Source of the DNA: Octopus vulgaris
Taxonomy: Eukaryota
Reading direction: 5' to 3'
DNA: 64,000 nucleotides
Assembly (NCBI GenBank): GCA_951406725.2
Contig: OX597820.1
Coordinates: 10,850,001 to 10,914,000 of the forward strand
The translations under genes and the position numbers were made by a program. The number at the start of each line of letters is the position of its first letter. The first letter of the stretch is position 1. Shown here in pieces: positions 14,509 through 29,079 of this stretch. The notes beneath the pieces are model-generated. The model was not told where the DNA came from. It made no database searches and worked only from the letters and a program-made list of their open reading frames with translations.

Positions 14509-15073
14509 AAACCATATATTCTTAGAATTTACTTATGACACGTATGAAAAGATCTATTCAGAAGGGATCGATTATTCTTACATTACAAAGATATCAAATG
14601 CAGAATGAAACAGTTATTTTATTATAGATTACAATAATATCACTAGTGTCTCTGTTGAAAATACGAAGGAATCTGATATCATGGCAAATTGGATACAAAG
14701 AGTGTTAGAATAAATAAACGAATATTTCTCAAAATTCTTGACCGCCATGAAAATGTTCACTGGAACAGAGACAGAGTCAAATTACATTACAATAGTTAGT
14801 TTCGGTCCGCTTAATTCCGAGTTGGTATCCCGTCGAGACATTTTTAAACATATCACGACGGATATAATATACAAGAGCGGAATCAAGCGAATATTACTTT
14901 GGCTTTAAAGAACTCCCGCTGCGCCTAAGGGAGAAATTAATATTAGAAATGAGCTGGCGCGGAATAAGGAGACAGTAATTTAGCAGAAGTTGCTGTCGAA
15001 ATTATTTATGGAACAACATAGGGATACAGAAATTGTGATGCTGGTATATTTCAAAGACTGGGAAGAGTGGTAA
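14509..15073 (+). pseudogene. Degenerate reading frame of about 188 codons with 4 internal stops, family unknown
   Basis: Single frame NHIFLEFTYDTYEKIYSEGIDYSY...MKMFTGTETESNYITIVSFGPLNSELVSRRDIFKH...VYFKDWEEW after a pyrimidine-rich AG acceptor. Stop density is low for AT-rich DNA. Confidence 0.3.
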
Positions 15074-15227
15074 TGCTTTGTATATTGGCATTTATTTCGA
15101 ACTGAGTACACTAAACCAACAAATATTTGTTGGCTATTGCAATTGTCATTGTCAACTATTTGTTGGCTATTGCAATTGTCATTGTCAACATACAATGTTC
15201 ATTATATATGGCACCAGAACAATAATA

Positions 15228-15585
15228 TGTTTTCTGGGGAGAGTCATTTTCTGTTTGTGCCTTATAATGTAACACACTCACCGGTAAAATTTCCACTTAT
15301 TTCTTTATATATATATATTTGGTTTTGGGATTTGGTTTGCAAGATTCTTTATATGAGTTCGTGTGTTGAAGCATATTCTGTTGTGCCTGGAGAAAGTCAT
15401 TTTCTTTTTGTGCCTTATAATGTAACACACTCACCGGTAAAATTTCCACTAATTTCTTATTTTTATTTTCTTAAACCATTTTCGTTGCGTCTTGCAACCT
15501 TTTCAATAGTCTTGACACAACAGAATTTGTTTCAACACACGAACTCATATAAAGGATCTTGCAAGCCAAATCCAAAAACGAAAAA
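15228..15585. mobile_element. PLE-like terminal repeat family with partial tandem and inverted segments
   Basis: Homologous to 34883-35199. Direct partial repeat 15232-15305 / 15388-15460. Segment 15514-15580 is an inverted copy of 15318-15385. Confidence 0.65.
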
Positions 15586-15723
15586 TAATATGTGTATATA
15601 TCAAAATGATGACATGCATTAGAAGGAACCGTTATAAACAAGCTGTTTACTGATATCTCAAAAAGTTGATTTTATATCAATCCTTATAATAATGGAGCTC
15701 AAGCAAATATATGTTTCTATATA

Positions 15724-16208
<485 letters not shown>

Positions 16209-16654
16209 CCAAAACGCTTCCAACCATTCTCGCACCCTAATTTCTCAACTTTCGCGAATAATTCAGTTAGAAAGTAAAAGAGAGAGAGGATTGGGAAGAA
16301 AGAAAGATTTCTTTTCTGGCAATAGTCAGAATCGACTGCATTATTGTCGAACAATATTTTCCTCCATGAAAGCTGACGTCAGCAAGCGTCGAACTAGTTT
16401 TAATGTTGAAAAGGAGGGTGTTTATATTTATCGCTGGACCAGCTGAAGTAGTGGCCCAAATTTACCTCAAATCAGACGTTACTGCCTTGTGTTGGTAATT
16501 TTGTTCGAGATGAAGGGAACTACAACAGGTTTTTGTCTACGTAGGTCCTTACAATCAATGCAGATCAAGGGCTGTACAATAGTTAAATTTCCGTGTCACC
16601 AGCCAGGGAGACAATATTGGCGGTTGAAGTTAGAATGCTAGAAATAGCAAATTT

Positions 16655-17431
16655 CTGTCTATATATCTGCCTGTGTGCCTGTTAGTCTATCTATCGATCA
16701 ATCTGTCTGTCTATCTATCTGTCTGTCTATCTATCTGTCTGTCTGTCTATCTATCTGTCTGTCTCTCTGCCTACCTGTCAGTCTATCTATCTATCTGTCT
16801 GTCTGCTTACCTATCTATCTATATGTCTGTCTGTCTATTTATCTATCCATCTATCTATGCATCTATCTATGTATATATCTATGTATTTATGTATGTATTT
16901 ATCTATCTATCTATCTATCCATCTATCTATATGTCTGTCTGTCTGTCTATCTTTCAGTCTGCTTGTCTGTTCATCTATTTATATATCTATCAATCTGTCT
17001 GTCTCGCTGCCTGGCTGGCAGGCTGGCTGGTTGTTTGCCTATTCACTGTAATGCTAAGAAGTTCGATCTACAATCAAAGAGTGGTGATTTCGATCCCACC
17101 GCATGGCCTATTCAGCACGTCCCAAATTTTTACGCTCAAACCGAACCATACGTTTGAAAGTGGTGCAAGGAAATCTGTACAGAAGGCGGTCACATGAATT
17201 ATACCTCTAATTCAAACAGATAAGCTTGTCACACACTGTGTCCACTCAGATTTAATTCAAGTATGAAGGTCACTGTGGAATTCTCAGCCACGTACAGTTA
17301 ATTCAGTTCATTCAACAAACTGAATCTTCATATTCAAAACCGACGAAGAACGATCGATCTATCGATCTATTAATCTATTTTTCACCCCTTCTCTAGATAT
17401 CTATCTGCCGCTTTCACTATCAATCTGTCTG

Positions 17432-17509
<78 letters not shown>

Positions 17510-17552
17510 ATTCCATTTATCTATCTATGTATCTCTCTATCTACCTATCTGC

Positions 17553-17597
<45 letters not shown>

Positions 17598-17610
17598 ATT
17601 CTATCTATCT
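16655..17610. repeat. (TCTA)/(TCTG) tetranucleotide fields at 16655-17040 and 17420-17610
   Basis: Directly visible. Confidence 0.9.
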
Positions 17611-17671
17611 ATCATTCTTTCGATTTACTCTTCCACTTATATATGTACATATATATATTATATAATATATA

Positions 17672-17723
<52 letters not shown>

Positions 17724-17943
17724 CAATGTATTTATGTATCGTACATATGGTAGAGGGAAACAGCTCAAGACAAGTAATTCTTATAGTTATTTTAAGAATA
17801 AACAATCAGAGTGTTTATTTAGCCGGCTGGTCAATAATTGCCTGGTGTATGGGAACAAATACAACGTACTGAAATTCATCACAGTTTATATCATGCATCA
17901 AACACATACCACATATACACACATTACAAGTACATGCATACAT

Positions 17944-18081
<138 letters not shown>

Positions 18082-18258
18082 ATGTACATATGCATTGAAG
18101 TAAGCCAAGCGATATTTCCGTATAATTAGTCTTCAAAATTTCAGAGGAGCATAGAAACCAATATATTTATTGATACTTCGATTAACGTCGAATGATAGAC
18201 ACCAGAATTTGTTGTCAATATTTTATAGAGACTTAGTCAATTCTATGCGTATTATGTA

Positions 18259-18294
<36 letters not shown>

Positions 18295-18399
18295 GTGTGT
18301 GTGTGTGTGCGTATGTGTGTGGATGTGTGTGAGTGTGTGATTGTGTGTATGAGTATATGTGCATGTGTATATATAAATAAATATTTCTCTCTCTCTCTC

Positions 18400-18451
<52 letters not shown>

Positions 18452-18851
18452 AATATTTATGCATATATATGTGTGTGAGTGTGTGTATATAATATATAAA
18501 CACACAGACATACATACCCACATATATATTTACATATATTCACACACACAGACTCACACATACCCGCGCTCACTTACACACACACACATACGGACGTGTA
18601 TTTGGGGTGTTTGTGTGTGTGTGTGCGTAATAAAGTAAGGTTGGACGAGACTTCAGCGCATTGAATGACCGGGTATTCACCCAGCAACGTGCAAGTTGAA
18701 TAACCGGTGAGGAAAAAATGAAGTCTTATTTAAAACGAATCTTATCATGGAGTTGACAATATTGCCAGTATTGATCCGTTACGTTGCTGAATATTGTTAT
18801 TATTCAGAAAATACCTTTGAAATGACAAACCGAAAATTCTTGCGCATAGGA

Positions 18852-19370
18852 GTGTGTTTGTGTGTGCGTGTGCGTGTGCGTGTGTGTGTGTGTGCGTGTG
18901 TGTGTGTGCATGTGTGTGGGCGCGTATGTGTGCTTGGGGTTGTGTGTGTGTATGTGCGTGTGTGTATGTGTGCGTGTGTGTGCATGTGTGTGGGCGCGTA
19001 TGTGTGCTTGGGGTTGTGTGTGTGCATGTGCGTGTGTGTATGTGTTGTGTGTGTGCCCGTGTTTGTGTATGTGTGTGCGTGCATGTGTGTGTACGTGTAC
19101 GTGTGCGTATGTGTGTGTGTTCGTGTGTGCGTGTGTTTGTGTGTGTCTGTGCACGTGTGTGTGAGTATGTGTGTGTATGCGTGCGTGTGTGTGTGCGCTT
19201 GTGTGTGTGCGTGTGTGTATGTGTGCTTGCGTTTGTGTGTGTGCGTGTGTATGTCTGTATATGTTGTTTGTGTGTTCGTATTTGTGTTTGCGTGTGCGTG
19301 CGTGAATGTGTGCGTATGCATGTGTGTATGCGTATGTGTGCGTGCGTGTGCATGTGTGTGTGTGTGTGTT
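18852..19370. repeat. Degenerate (TG)-derived low-complexity tract with internal repeats of about 70 bp
   Basis: gtgcatgtgtgtgggcgcgtatgtgtgcttggggttgtg is repeated. Confidence 0.9.
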
Positions 19371-19734
19371 TATGAATAGGTACAGGTACGGCACTGTGGT
19401 AAGTAGCTTGCTTCCCAAACACATGGTTCAGGGTTTTATTCACTGCATGACACCTTGGGCACGTGTCTTCTAACAAACATTGGGAGTGGTTTTGATAGGC
19501 GGATACTAAAAGAATTATATACTTTTTATTTTATTATTTCGTACATTACTTAATCATTGGTATATGTTTTTATCTTATATTTATTTATTTATTTTTTTTG
19601 CATGGTATAATTTAATTATTTCATTGTTGAATTGATAAAAGGTGTGTTTTTCTAATTTTTATACATATATTTTGTGAAATTTGATTTAGTATTACTAAAT
19701 GGAATTTTTCCCTGTAAGTTTGAAATAATATTCC

Positions 19735-19822
<88 letters not shown>

Positions 19823-19826
<4 letters not shown>

Positions 19827-20252
19827 TGATTGATTGATTGATTCTAGTTTCAGCTTATGAGCTGTGGCCATGCTGGGGCACCGCCATTTGGTGTTGCTAC
19901 TTGGTTTCACTTCATGGAGGCTTTCTAGCAACTGCTATTTGGTGCATGAGAGAGTCTGATGCAGCTGCCCTCATCTGCCCCTCCTGCCGTGAAGTTGGTT
20001 CATCTGGGACACCTGACAGGAAGAGATCCAGCTTCATTTTAAAGACATTTGTATCCACCTCATGCAGGTCTCTCAGGTTCTTCGGGAGGATATTGAAGAG
20101 CTGTGGGCCTCGGAAGCCCAGGCTATCACAGAATCTTGTCCTACATCTTGATGGCAGGTTTGGAGTCCTAGGCACCACGCAGTGGCGCCCAGTTCTGGCA
20201 TTTGCGTAACTCTCGATGCCAAAGTTCAGGACACTTCCTCCAGGATCTTCCA
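19823..20252 (-). mobile_element. CR1-like LINE 3' end: ORF2 C-terminus, 3' UTR and (AATC)n tail
   Basis: ...GRHCVVP..RTRFCDSLGFRGPQLFNILPKNLRDL..FKMKLDLFLSGVPDEP resembles CR1-group ORF2 C-termini. Short tandem-repeat tail. Confidence 0.8.
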
Positions 20253-20421
20253 GATCTATATATATATGCATGTATGTATATATGTATGCATATATGCATG
20301 CATGTATGTATTTATGTGTGTGTAGATAAAAATTTGATATTTGTATCTACGAAGACCAAAAAGAAATCATGCAGTAATAAGCTGTGCGAAGCAGAATACA
20401 TTTTTACTAGATACCTCTTGA

Positions 20422-20530
20422 AATCACCTGAGGAGACACATCTACACCGAGGGATACGCCCAAAGCAGTAGTGAAGTATCCTACCCGTGAGGGATCGATG
20501 CTAGATGGGTCGAAACGATTGCATTGATCA
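20422..20530 (+). ncRNA. Hammerhead ribozyme-like motif (type I, PLE-associated)
   Basis: CTGAGGA-gacacatcta...tagatgggtc-GAAAC-gattgc. Stem II pairs; stem III palindrome is decayed. Confidence 0.55.
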
Positions 20531-21004
20531 GTGGAGATTCTCATATCTTCCATCTTCCGTCTCTCTTATGAACTTCATGACCAACGAACACTAAAACAGT
20601 GAACGGGCGTTGCTTTCCTGGCAAACTACCAGGTGTATAGCATAATATTTATTAACTACTAACAATAAACACACACGTACACAAACTTTTCTAAATATAT
20701 ATATATATACATATTTATATATATACATATATACATAAAAGTGAATAACAGACGATGGATAAATGTCATTTCATTACACCTGTTTCTAACGCATTTTAAA
20801 TAGATGAATGTGTAAATTGCAAAAAACTGTATTCAACAAATGATACATATAATTTCAAAACTATATAAGAACACTCCATGACCGCAATGGGAACATGCCT
20901 AGCGCCTAGCCGGAGCTGACTAGGAATGGAAGAAAAACAAACTATAGGCAATAATGTCTGTTAGAAGGGTTGAAATACATTAAGCATTTAGTGATAATAT
21001 GGTA

Positions 21005-22319
21005 CAGGGTGGGGCAGATAGAACGGACGTTTTTGAAATGGCTATCATTCATCCTTAGGGACATGTACATATGTCCGACAGGTACCATTCGGTCCGTGGT
21101 ATCTTAGCATTTTGGTGAAGCCATGGCGCTGTGAACGATAGAGTATCGCGTGTTTGCCTACTACATTTACGTGAAGAATAATGAGACTGTCACAGGAGTT
21201 CAGCGTGAGCTTCGCCGCCACTTCAACATTCACCGAAATCAAGTTGTTCCCACCCGTAACGCAATGTTACGTTGTTTGAATGCATTTCATACACGAGGTA
21301 CACTAATGAATAGGAGACTAGTGGGGGCGCCACGAACGGTACGGGGCCCGGAAAATATGAAACGCTTTGATACAGAGTCCGAATCGTTCTGCTTGGCAGC
21401 ATTCCACTGAACTTGACTTCGGTAATCGATCGGTAAGCCGTATTTTGCATCAAGGCCTGTATTTCCACAAATATGAATTGGTCATTGGGCAATAGTTGAA
21501 ACCATGTGACTATGCACAGCGGCTTAACTTCGCACGTCAAATGGAAGCAATTTTTGAGGCAAATGACAACTTCATTTTGTTAATGAGTGATGAAGATCAT
21601 TTTCGTTTCAATGGCATGGTGATTCAACAGAACTGTCATTATTGAGCTCTTGAAAATGCGAGAGAACCGCATGAAAGACAACTGCACCGCCCAAAAGTGA
21701 CGGTCTGGTGTTCTGTTGGAAAAGCTGCCGTCATTGGTCCTTCCTTTTTTTAAGTAAATAATGGAAATGCTCTTACTGTGAACTCCGAGCGTTACGTCGA
21801 GAGGATGAACAAATTCTTTGTATCTGAATTACGACGAAAACGTATGCGTTTTCGACGTGTGTGGTTTCAGCAGGATGAGGCGTCGGCCCACACAGCCTGA
21901 GCATCAATGGATGTTTTTCGCCCTTTCTTCGGTGGCCCCCTCATTTCCAGGTTTGCTGACATTCCTTGGCGCCTTCGGTCCCTGATTTGTCCTGGTATGA
22001 TTATTTCCGGTGAAGGAACCTCAAGGCACGTGTGTATGCGCATAGGCACCGTACATTGGACGATTTGAAGGATGTTATTCGTGTGGAAGTCGCCCAAATC
22101 GGCAGAACAATGCGGGAGAGATTGCAGGCTCGCTTCCAAGAACGCCTTCAGAAATGCATCAGTGAAACGGACACCACATGATGGGTGTTGTTTTCCACAC
22201 TTAATTTTGACAAATGCTAATTCATTACAAACACATTGATGTCAATAAAATTTATTTGTACCTAAACTTAAGGATTTTCTGAAATGTTCAAAAACGTCCG
22301 TTCTCTCTGCCCCACCCTG
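21005..22319 (+). mobile_element. Full-length decayed Tc1/mariner transposon, rosa/DD41D-like
   Basis: 33-bp TIRs cagggtggggcagatagaacggacgtttttgaa and TA TSD. Broken transposase: VQRELRRHF, PRTVR, MSDEDHF, HRPKVTVWC, TVNSERY, WFQQDEASAHTA. Confidence 0.92.
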
Positions 22320-22659
22320 TATTTATAGCCACTTCTATGATGTAATGTACTCGTTCACCTATTAAGGGTAAGAAACAGCTGTAATGAACTGACATTTATC
22401 CCTCGTCTGTTATTATTTATATGCTTATAATACACCAAAGGGGTTCACGACACGTGAGACATCCTGGAGTATACTAAACAACGTATGATCAATACAACGT
22501 GTGTTTTAGACCAGGCCCTAGACGCTAAATACTCGTAAGGGTGGGCGTCTCTCTGATTGCACAACCTTACGGGTTACTTATTCCAGTAAATGAGGTGATC
22601 AAAGATTAACTCAACCCTACCTGATGCATATCATTCATGTACCCGGTTGTCTCAAGAAT

Positions 22660-22701
22660 CCTTATTCTTATTCTTATTCTTATTCATATTATTAATATTA
22701 A

Positions 22702-22764
<63 letters not shown>

Positions 22765-22800
22765 CATTATCATCATCATCATCATCATAATCATCCTCAT
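22660..22800. repeat. (TTATTC)/(TAT)/(CAT) microsatellite
   Basis: Directly visible. Confidence 0.95.
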
Positions 22801-24102
22801 TAGTATGCACACACGCAAGACTTTGATCGAGCACACCCACCCAGACGCGCAAGACTTTTTCGGTCCGAAGCTATTGCAGAAGACACTTCCTAAGGTACCA
22901 CGCAGTAGGACTGAACCCGCAACCAAGTAGTTGACTGGCAAATTTCTTATTACGCAACCACTCCTGCATCTAAGTGTATTCATGGCATTTTTTTGTCTAC
23001 ATGTCTGTTTGATCGTATACATATTTGTGTAAATATTCACTTCTTTCAAAATTCTATTTTGTTTTGTTTTGTTTTTTGTTAATGTTGTGTGCCTTTATAT
23101 ACCACAATCTTTTATACGAAGAATAACAATATCGATAATATAGTACCTGAATGTATACTAAGGATGATGCGATCGACTAATGACTGGAAGGCGTTCACCC
23201 AGCATGGCTGTAGTCTAATGACCGAAATTAATAAAAATTGAAATAATCTATGTACGTATGTCGGTGAATCTGTATATGTATGTGTATATGAATCATGTAC
23301 GTATGTAGGCATGCATGTATGTATATATATCTATCTATCTATCTAACTATATCTATACATATATAGACACATACATATATATGTGCATGTATTGTTTTGT
23401 GTGTGTGTGGTATGTGTGTATGTATATTTATGCACACCTACGCCGACAGATACAACCAACCGACGCATGTAACAAATAACCGCGTAAAAATACTTAGAGA
23501 AAAGTGTGTTTATATATCTGCACTTGTTTACATGAATACATGAATTTACAGTACGGATATAAACTACCACCAGCCCACTTACTTCGAGACGTAAACGTAA
23601 TTTAGTATATTGATTACCCTATAAAAATATATTGCCTTCGTTCTCGGCGATTCTATTTTGAATATTATTAATATTACTTGAAAAACAGCAGCCTCTTGAA
23701 TCAATAAGGATCTGGTTTGTTTGCCAGAAGGTCAATGATTCTCATAACATCTTGAATGCTCTGAAGTAGTATGTTTCCCTTTTAATTTATTGACTGAATG
23801 TACATCGCAGTCCACTGTATAGAACAGACCTTTGGGGTGAATGTGCTTCTTGTTGTTTAGCTACATGTCAGCCTTAGATGAACACACCTACGTTAGAAAG
23901 CAACCGGTTCGTGTAGAGTGTTTGTAATTCATATATGCTTGTATTATATCTTTATGTATATGTATTAATGTATATAGTAATAAAAGAACGTCAAAGAACC
24001 GAGTTAGCAAACTGCATGCATTGTTTGGTTTAGAAAGTTTCATTGGTTTCAATTAAACCCAGATTGTGTCATAGCGTTCTCTTGTCAACAAGCGGTTTAT
24101 GT

Positions 24103-24260
24103 TGGAATTTACGAAAAACAAAAGACGAAGACAGGTGTGTAAACAACAGACAGGCGTATTAGTCTAACGCTCGGGAAGGCGAGAAAGTCTTTTACGTTTC
24201 GAGCCTACGCTCTTCAACAGAAAGGAACACGAGAAAATAAACAGAGAGAGAATAAGAAAA
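24103..24260 (-). mobile_element. Penelope-like terminal repeat remnant with hammerhead-like motif at 24189-24224
   Basis: Reverse strand cttt-CTGTTGA-a-gagc-gtag-gctc-GAAAC-GTA-aaag. Confidence 0.65.
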
Positions 24261-24290
24261 TAACTCTTTAGTAGATAGCGGTCAATTATA

Positions 24291-24333
<43 letters not shown>

Positions 24334-24594
24334 TACAGTAGCAGTTAATAAATCGTGTTTTATATATGTATATATATATATATGTTACAAAAACAGCCAA
24401 CAACTGATGAACGGTCGTCCTTTATGCTGGTTGTTTTGTTTTCCATTTGTGTCTGTCATAGTTCGAAAGAATAGTTCATGTTCTACGTGGTCGTGCTTCG
24501 TATTTTCTTCTTGTACACACGTTTCATGACGTTCTATTCCCACATATGCTTATATATATATATACATATTGACGTACGTACATATACGTATGTA

Positions 24595-24696
<102 letters not shown>

Positions 24697-24710
24697 TATA
24701 TATATATACA

Positions 24711-24785
<75 letters not shown>

Positions 24786-24801
24786 ATGTGTGTGTGCATG
24801 T

Positions 24802-25492
24802 GTTCAGAATTACAGAGAAGATAGAATTCCTTGCCTTTTCATAAGGGATAGGAATAAACGTAACAGCACAGGGCTTAGTAAATTAATTTTGGGATCTAAA
24901 AGACCACAATAAACAGTTTAATTTAGATTGGTTGATTCTCTCAATCTCAATATCTTATGACAAAGGCGAGGAATTCTGTCTTCTCTGTAATTCTGAACTA
25001 TTTCTTCTTTTTTTTTTTCTAAGCATCCCCTTGTAAACATGGTTATAGAGCGTGAATACCGATGTAAACATTGGCAAAAACACACCTTTAGTTCATATAA
25101 GTGATTTCTATCATTATATATAATTTAAATATTAATTTTCTTTTCACATTTCACATTCACTAGATATATATATATATATTTCCTAGTCTATAAGGTTTTA
25201 TTTAAGATACATATAGTCATATACTTCTCATTTATTTAGTTTTTCTTAACTTTATCCCTCCTCTTTCTATAGGCTACCTCTGACGTTATATCATATAGCG
25301 TTTTTTTTTTAAACAATTTTAATAGCGTCCAGTTAATCACTATACATATCCATCATTTTCTGTTAAAATGTCTTATTGACGAGTTTCATATCTTCACTTT
25401 CCTGAAGAAAAGATTACATTGTTTTACACCATTTTATTCCTTCGGAATAATATCAGTGAAATCTTCGAAACAACTGCGTTAAACTCCATTTA
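24802..25492 (+). mobile_element. Penelope-like element 3' end: GIY-YIG C-terminal region plus hammerhead-like motif at 25402-25475
   Basis: [44 protein letters not shown] (one frameshift). CTGAAGA-aagatt...aatcttc-GAAAC. Segment 24802-24838 is an inverted copy of 24962-24998. Confidence 0.75.
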
Positions 25493-25506
25493 CATATATA
25501 TATATA

Positions 25507-25615
25507 TTGGCCTGCTCACCTAGCTAGAGGGGTGGCGTCATTCGAAGGCTAAAACAATGCGAACGCATTGTGACCAGCGATGTGTAGTGACATCTGATGG
25601 TCTGGTCGGTCACGT
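25507..25615 (+). mobile_element. Isolated tail 1 of SINE family C
   Basis: Reverse complement of 8780-8885. Confidence 0.75.
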
Positions 25616-25731
25616 GATATATATATATATGTGTGCGTGTGTATGTGTGTATGTGTGTATATGTGTGTATGTATGTGTATATATATTTATATATGTATGT
25701 ATATATATATGTATATATATACATATACATG

Positions 25732-25774
<43 letters not shown>

Positions 25775-25776
<2 letters not shown>

Positions 25777-26190
25777 TCTTTACTCTCTTTTACTTGTTTT
25801 AGTCATTTGACTGCGGCCATGCTGGAGCACCACCTTTAGTCGAGCAAATCGACCCCGGGACTTATTCTTTGTAATCCTAGTACTTATTCTATCGGTCTCT
25901 TTTTGCCGAACCGCTAAGTGACGGGGACGTAAACATACCAGCATCGGTTGTCAAGCGATGGTGGGGGGACAAACACAGACACACAAACATATACACACAC
26001 ATACATATATATATATATATACATATATACGACAGGTTTCTTTCAGTTTCCGTCTACCAAATCCACTCACAAGGCATTGGTCGGCCCGAGGCTATAGCAG
26101 AAGACACTTGCCCAATATGCCACGCAGTGGGACTGAACCCGGAACCACGTGGCTGGTAAGCAAGCTACCTACCACACAGCCACTCCTGCG

Positions 26191-26192
<2 letters not shown>
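25775..26192 (-). mobile_element. SINE family A, full length, near consensus
   Basis: Head, microsatellite and tail intact. Confidence 0.92.
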
Positions 26193-26238
<46 letters not shown>

Positions 26239-26242
<4 letters not shown>

Positions 26243-26401
26243 CTTTACTATCCACAAGGGGCTAAACACAGAGAGGACAAACAAGGACAGACATACGGAT
26301 TAAGTCGATTATATCGACACCTGTGTATAACTGGTACTTAATTTATCGACACCTAAAGGATGAAAGGCAAAGTCGACCTCGGTGGAATTTGAACTCAGAA
26401 C
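26239..26401 (-). mobile_element. SINE family B, 5'-truncated
   Basis: Matches family B tail and B box. Confidence 0.85.
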
Positions 26402-26859
26402 CTATAGTCTTTGTTGTTTGGAGGAATTTGGTTGATATTTCTAGAGATTATTGAAACATGTACATCCCCCACCTCCTTTTATGTGCTCGTTTGCAAAGAT
26501 TGCGCTACCGCCATCTTCTTCCCCGGCTTCGGCTGCTAAAACCAAAACCTTTCGTTAAATCAGTACGGGAACATAATTTCCTTGGTCGTTTCTTGATTAG
26601 TTGTATGGTTTTACAAAAGTAATTATAATTGAAGCACACGAATAAGATACTGAGGTAAATTTGATTTAGGAAGAAATCTGATCAAACGAAATCATTATAA
26701 TTAGGGTGTACTAAAGAAAAATGAAAATACATAACATCAAAGAGAGTTATTTCTGATTTAGAAAATGAATTTCGCATTCATTCAGTCGCCATTAACACTA
26801 CACTAATGGCATTATATGCAATTTTTACTTCCCCCTACCATTTCATTGCTTTCTTTATC

Positions 26860-26931
26860 TTACTTCAAATATGAATATATATATATGGATATAAAAGACG
26901 TACATACATACACACATACATATATATATAA

Positions 26932-26966
<35 letters not shown>

Positions 26967-27157
26967 CATACATGGATATACATATATATATAAATATAAA
27001 AATATATATAAAAGACGTACATGCATACACACATATATACATACACATATATATAAGTATATATACATATGTATGTATATATACAGCCACACACACACAT
27101 ACATGGATATACATATATACATATATATATATATAGATAGATTTACATATGTATACA

Positions 27158-27199
<42 letters not shown>

Positions 27200-27217
27200 G
27201 ATACAGATACATATACT

Positions 27218-27266
<49 letters not shown>

Positions 27267-27455
27267 TTACATATGTATATGTAAGTAGATACAGTTACAT
27301 ATACTCAAATACACACACTTTACATTTATGTATTTACATATAGAATATACATATATGTATGTGTATGCATGTATGTGCACATATACATATGTATGCATGT
27401 GTGAGTTCGTGTGTATAGATATATATGTGTGTGTACGTATGTGTGTGTGTATATT

Positions 27456-27505
<50 letters not shown>

Positions 27506-27520
27506 TGCGTGTGTATGCGT
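26860..27520. repeat. (TA)/(CA)/(TG) microsatellite field
   Basis: Directly visible. Confidence 0.95.
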
Positions 27521-28187
27521 AGTTGTATTTATGAAAGACAGGGAAAATGAACGCCAGTGCAGGTAATTGAGTTAATGCCTGTATTCGAAGCGGAATTTTC
27601 GTTACTTTCAGTTTAACGCGTCCGTTTTTTTTTTAACAGCAGATGAAAACCACAAATAATTATGAACAAGCAACACCCTCAAAATATTCACTGGTATTTC
27701 TGCAAAAACTAGGATATTGTTTGGAGTATACAGAAAACCATGAAATACATAATTTGTGAGGAAATTATTTTTCACAAAACGTTTTTTGTTGTTGAAAGGG
27801 TATAATATCTAAATAGGCATTACTGATGGTGCCCAAGGCAGTGAACAGGTAGAATCGTTTGCAAGCCAGATGATATACATAGCGGCATTTCGTCTGCTGC
27901 TACATTCTGAGTTCAAATTTTGCGGATGTCGATTTTGCCTTTCATCCTTTCGGGGCAGTGAAAAATTGGGGTCGATGTAATCGACTAGTTCCCTCCCACA
28001 AGTTTCAAGCCTTGTGCCTATAGTATAAATGGTTATTGATGGTGCCGTTGTACGAGAAAATTGCATTCATGATGAAAGAATTGTCCTTTTCTGGATTGAG
28101 AATTATTACCTACTATTTTATCTTTACAGCGACAAGCGAACGTGATCTAATACGAATACATAGAATTGCTAACCGATTGCGCCACAG

Positions 28188-28243
<56 letters not shown>

Positions 28244-28614
28244 CCCGGGTTGAGTCGGGTTAACAAATAAGGTACTCAATACATAGCAGAGTAAATTAAT
28301 TTATTTTATAGAAGGAGCTTCTACAGGACTAGAACTGTTTCATTAAAGAAATCATCAGGAAGCAAGTAGACAAGAGTTGTTTTGGTATTTATACATTTAG
28401 GCAGGTTTAAATGGGTGGTGGTGGGGGACTTTTTGGGGGTAGGCATGGCGCAAAACTGTCATTATTAGGGGAGTGGTCAAAGGAATCGGTGGTAAAGTAG
28501 ATAAAAGAATAAATAAAAGAATAAAAAATAAAAATAAAAATAAAAATAAAAATAAAAAATAAAAAAATATAAAAAATATATACATATATATATATATATA
28601 TATATGTATGTATA

Positions 28615-28990
28615 TATGTCTGTGAGTGTGAGTTTGTACCCGCAGCATCGCTTGACAACTGATGCTGGTGTGTTTGCGTCTCCGTAACCTAGCGGTTCGG
28701 CAAAAGACCTCCATAGAATAAGTACTAGTCTTATAAAAGAATATGTCCTGGGGTCGGTTTGCTCGACTAGATGCGGCATTCCAGCATGGCCGTGGTCAAA
28801 TGACTGAAACAAGTAAGAGAATAAAAGAATATATATACATATATAGATAGAAATATATACATAGCTAGATAGATATAGATATATACATGTTATTCGCTCA
28901 ATAAACATTTACAATGCGCGGTCTGGGAATCGAAACCGCGAACCTACGACCGCCAGTTCGCTGCACAAACCACTGGGCCATTGCGCCCCC
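28615..28990. mobile_element. SINE A 3' half (+, 28615-28830) and SINE C head (-, 28893-28990)
   Basis: Matches to the family consensuses within this window. Confidence 0.8.
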
Positions 28991-29079
28991 CGTATGTATG
29001 TGTGTGTGTGTGTGTGTATTGATATTTTTGTAATTTTTTTCTTTGTTTTCCTTGCTTATTTGAACTAACTACTCTAATA

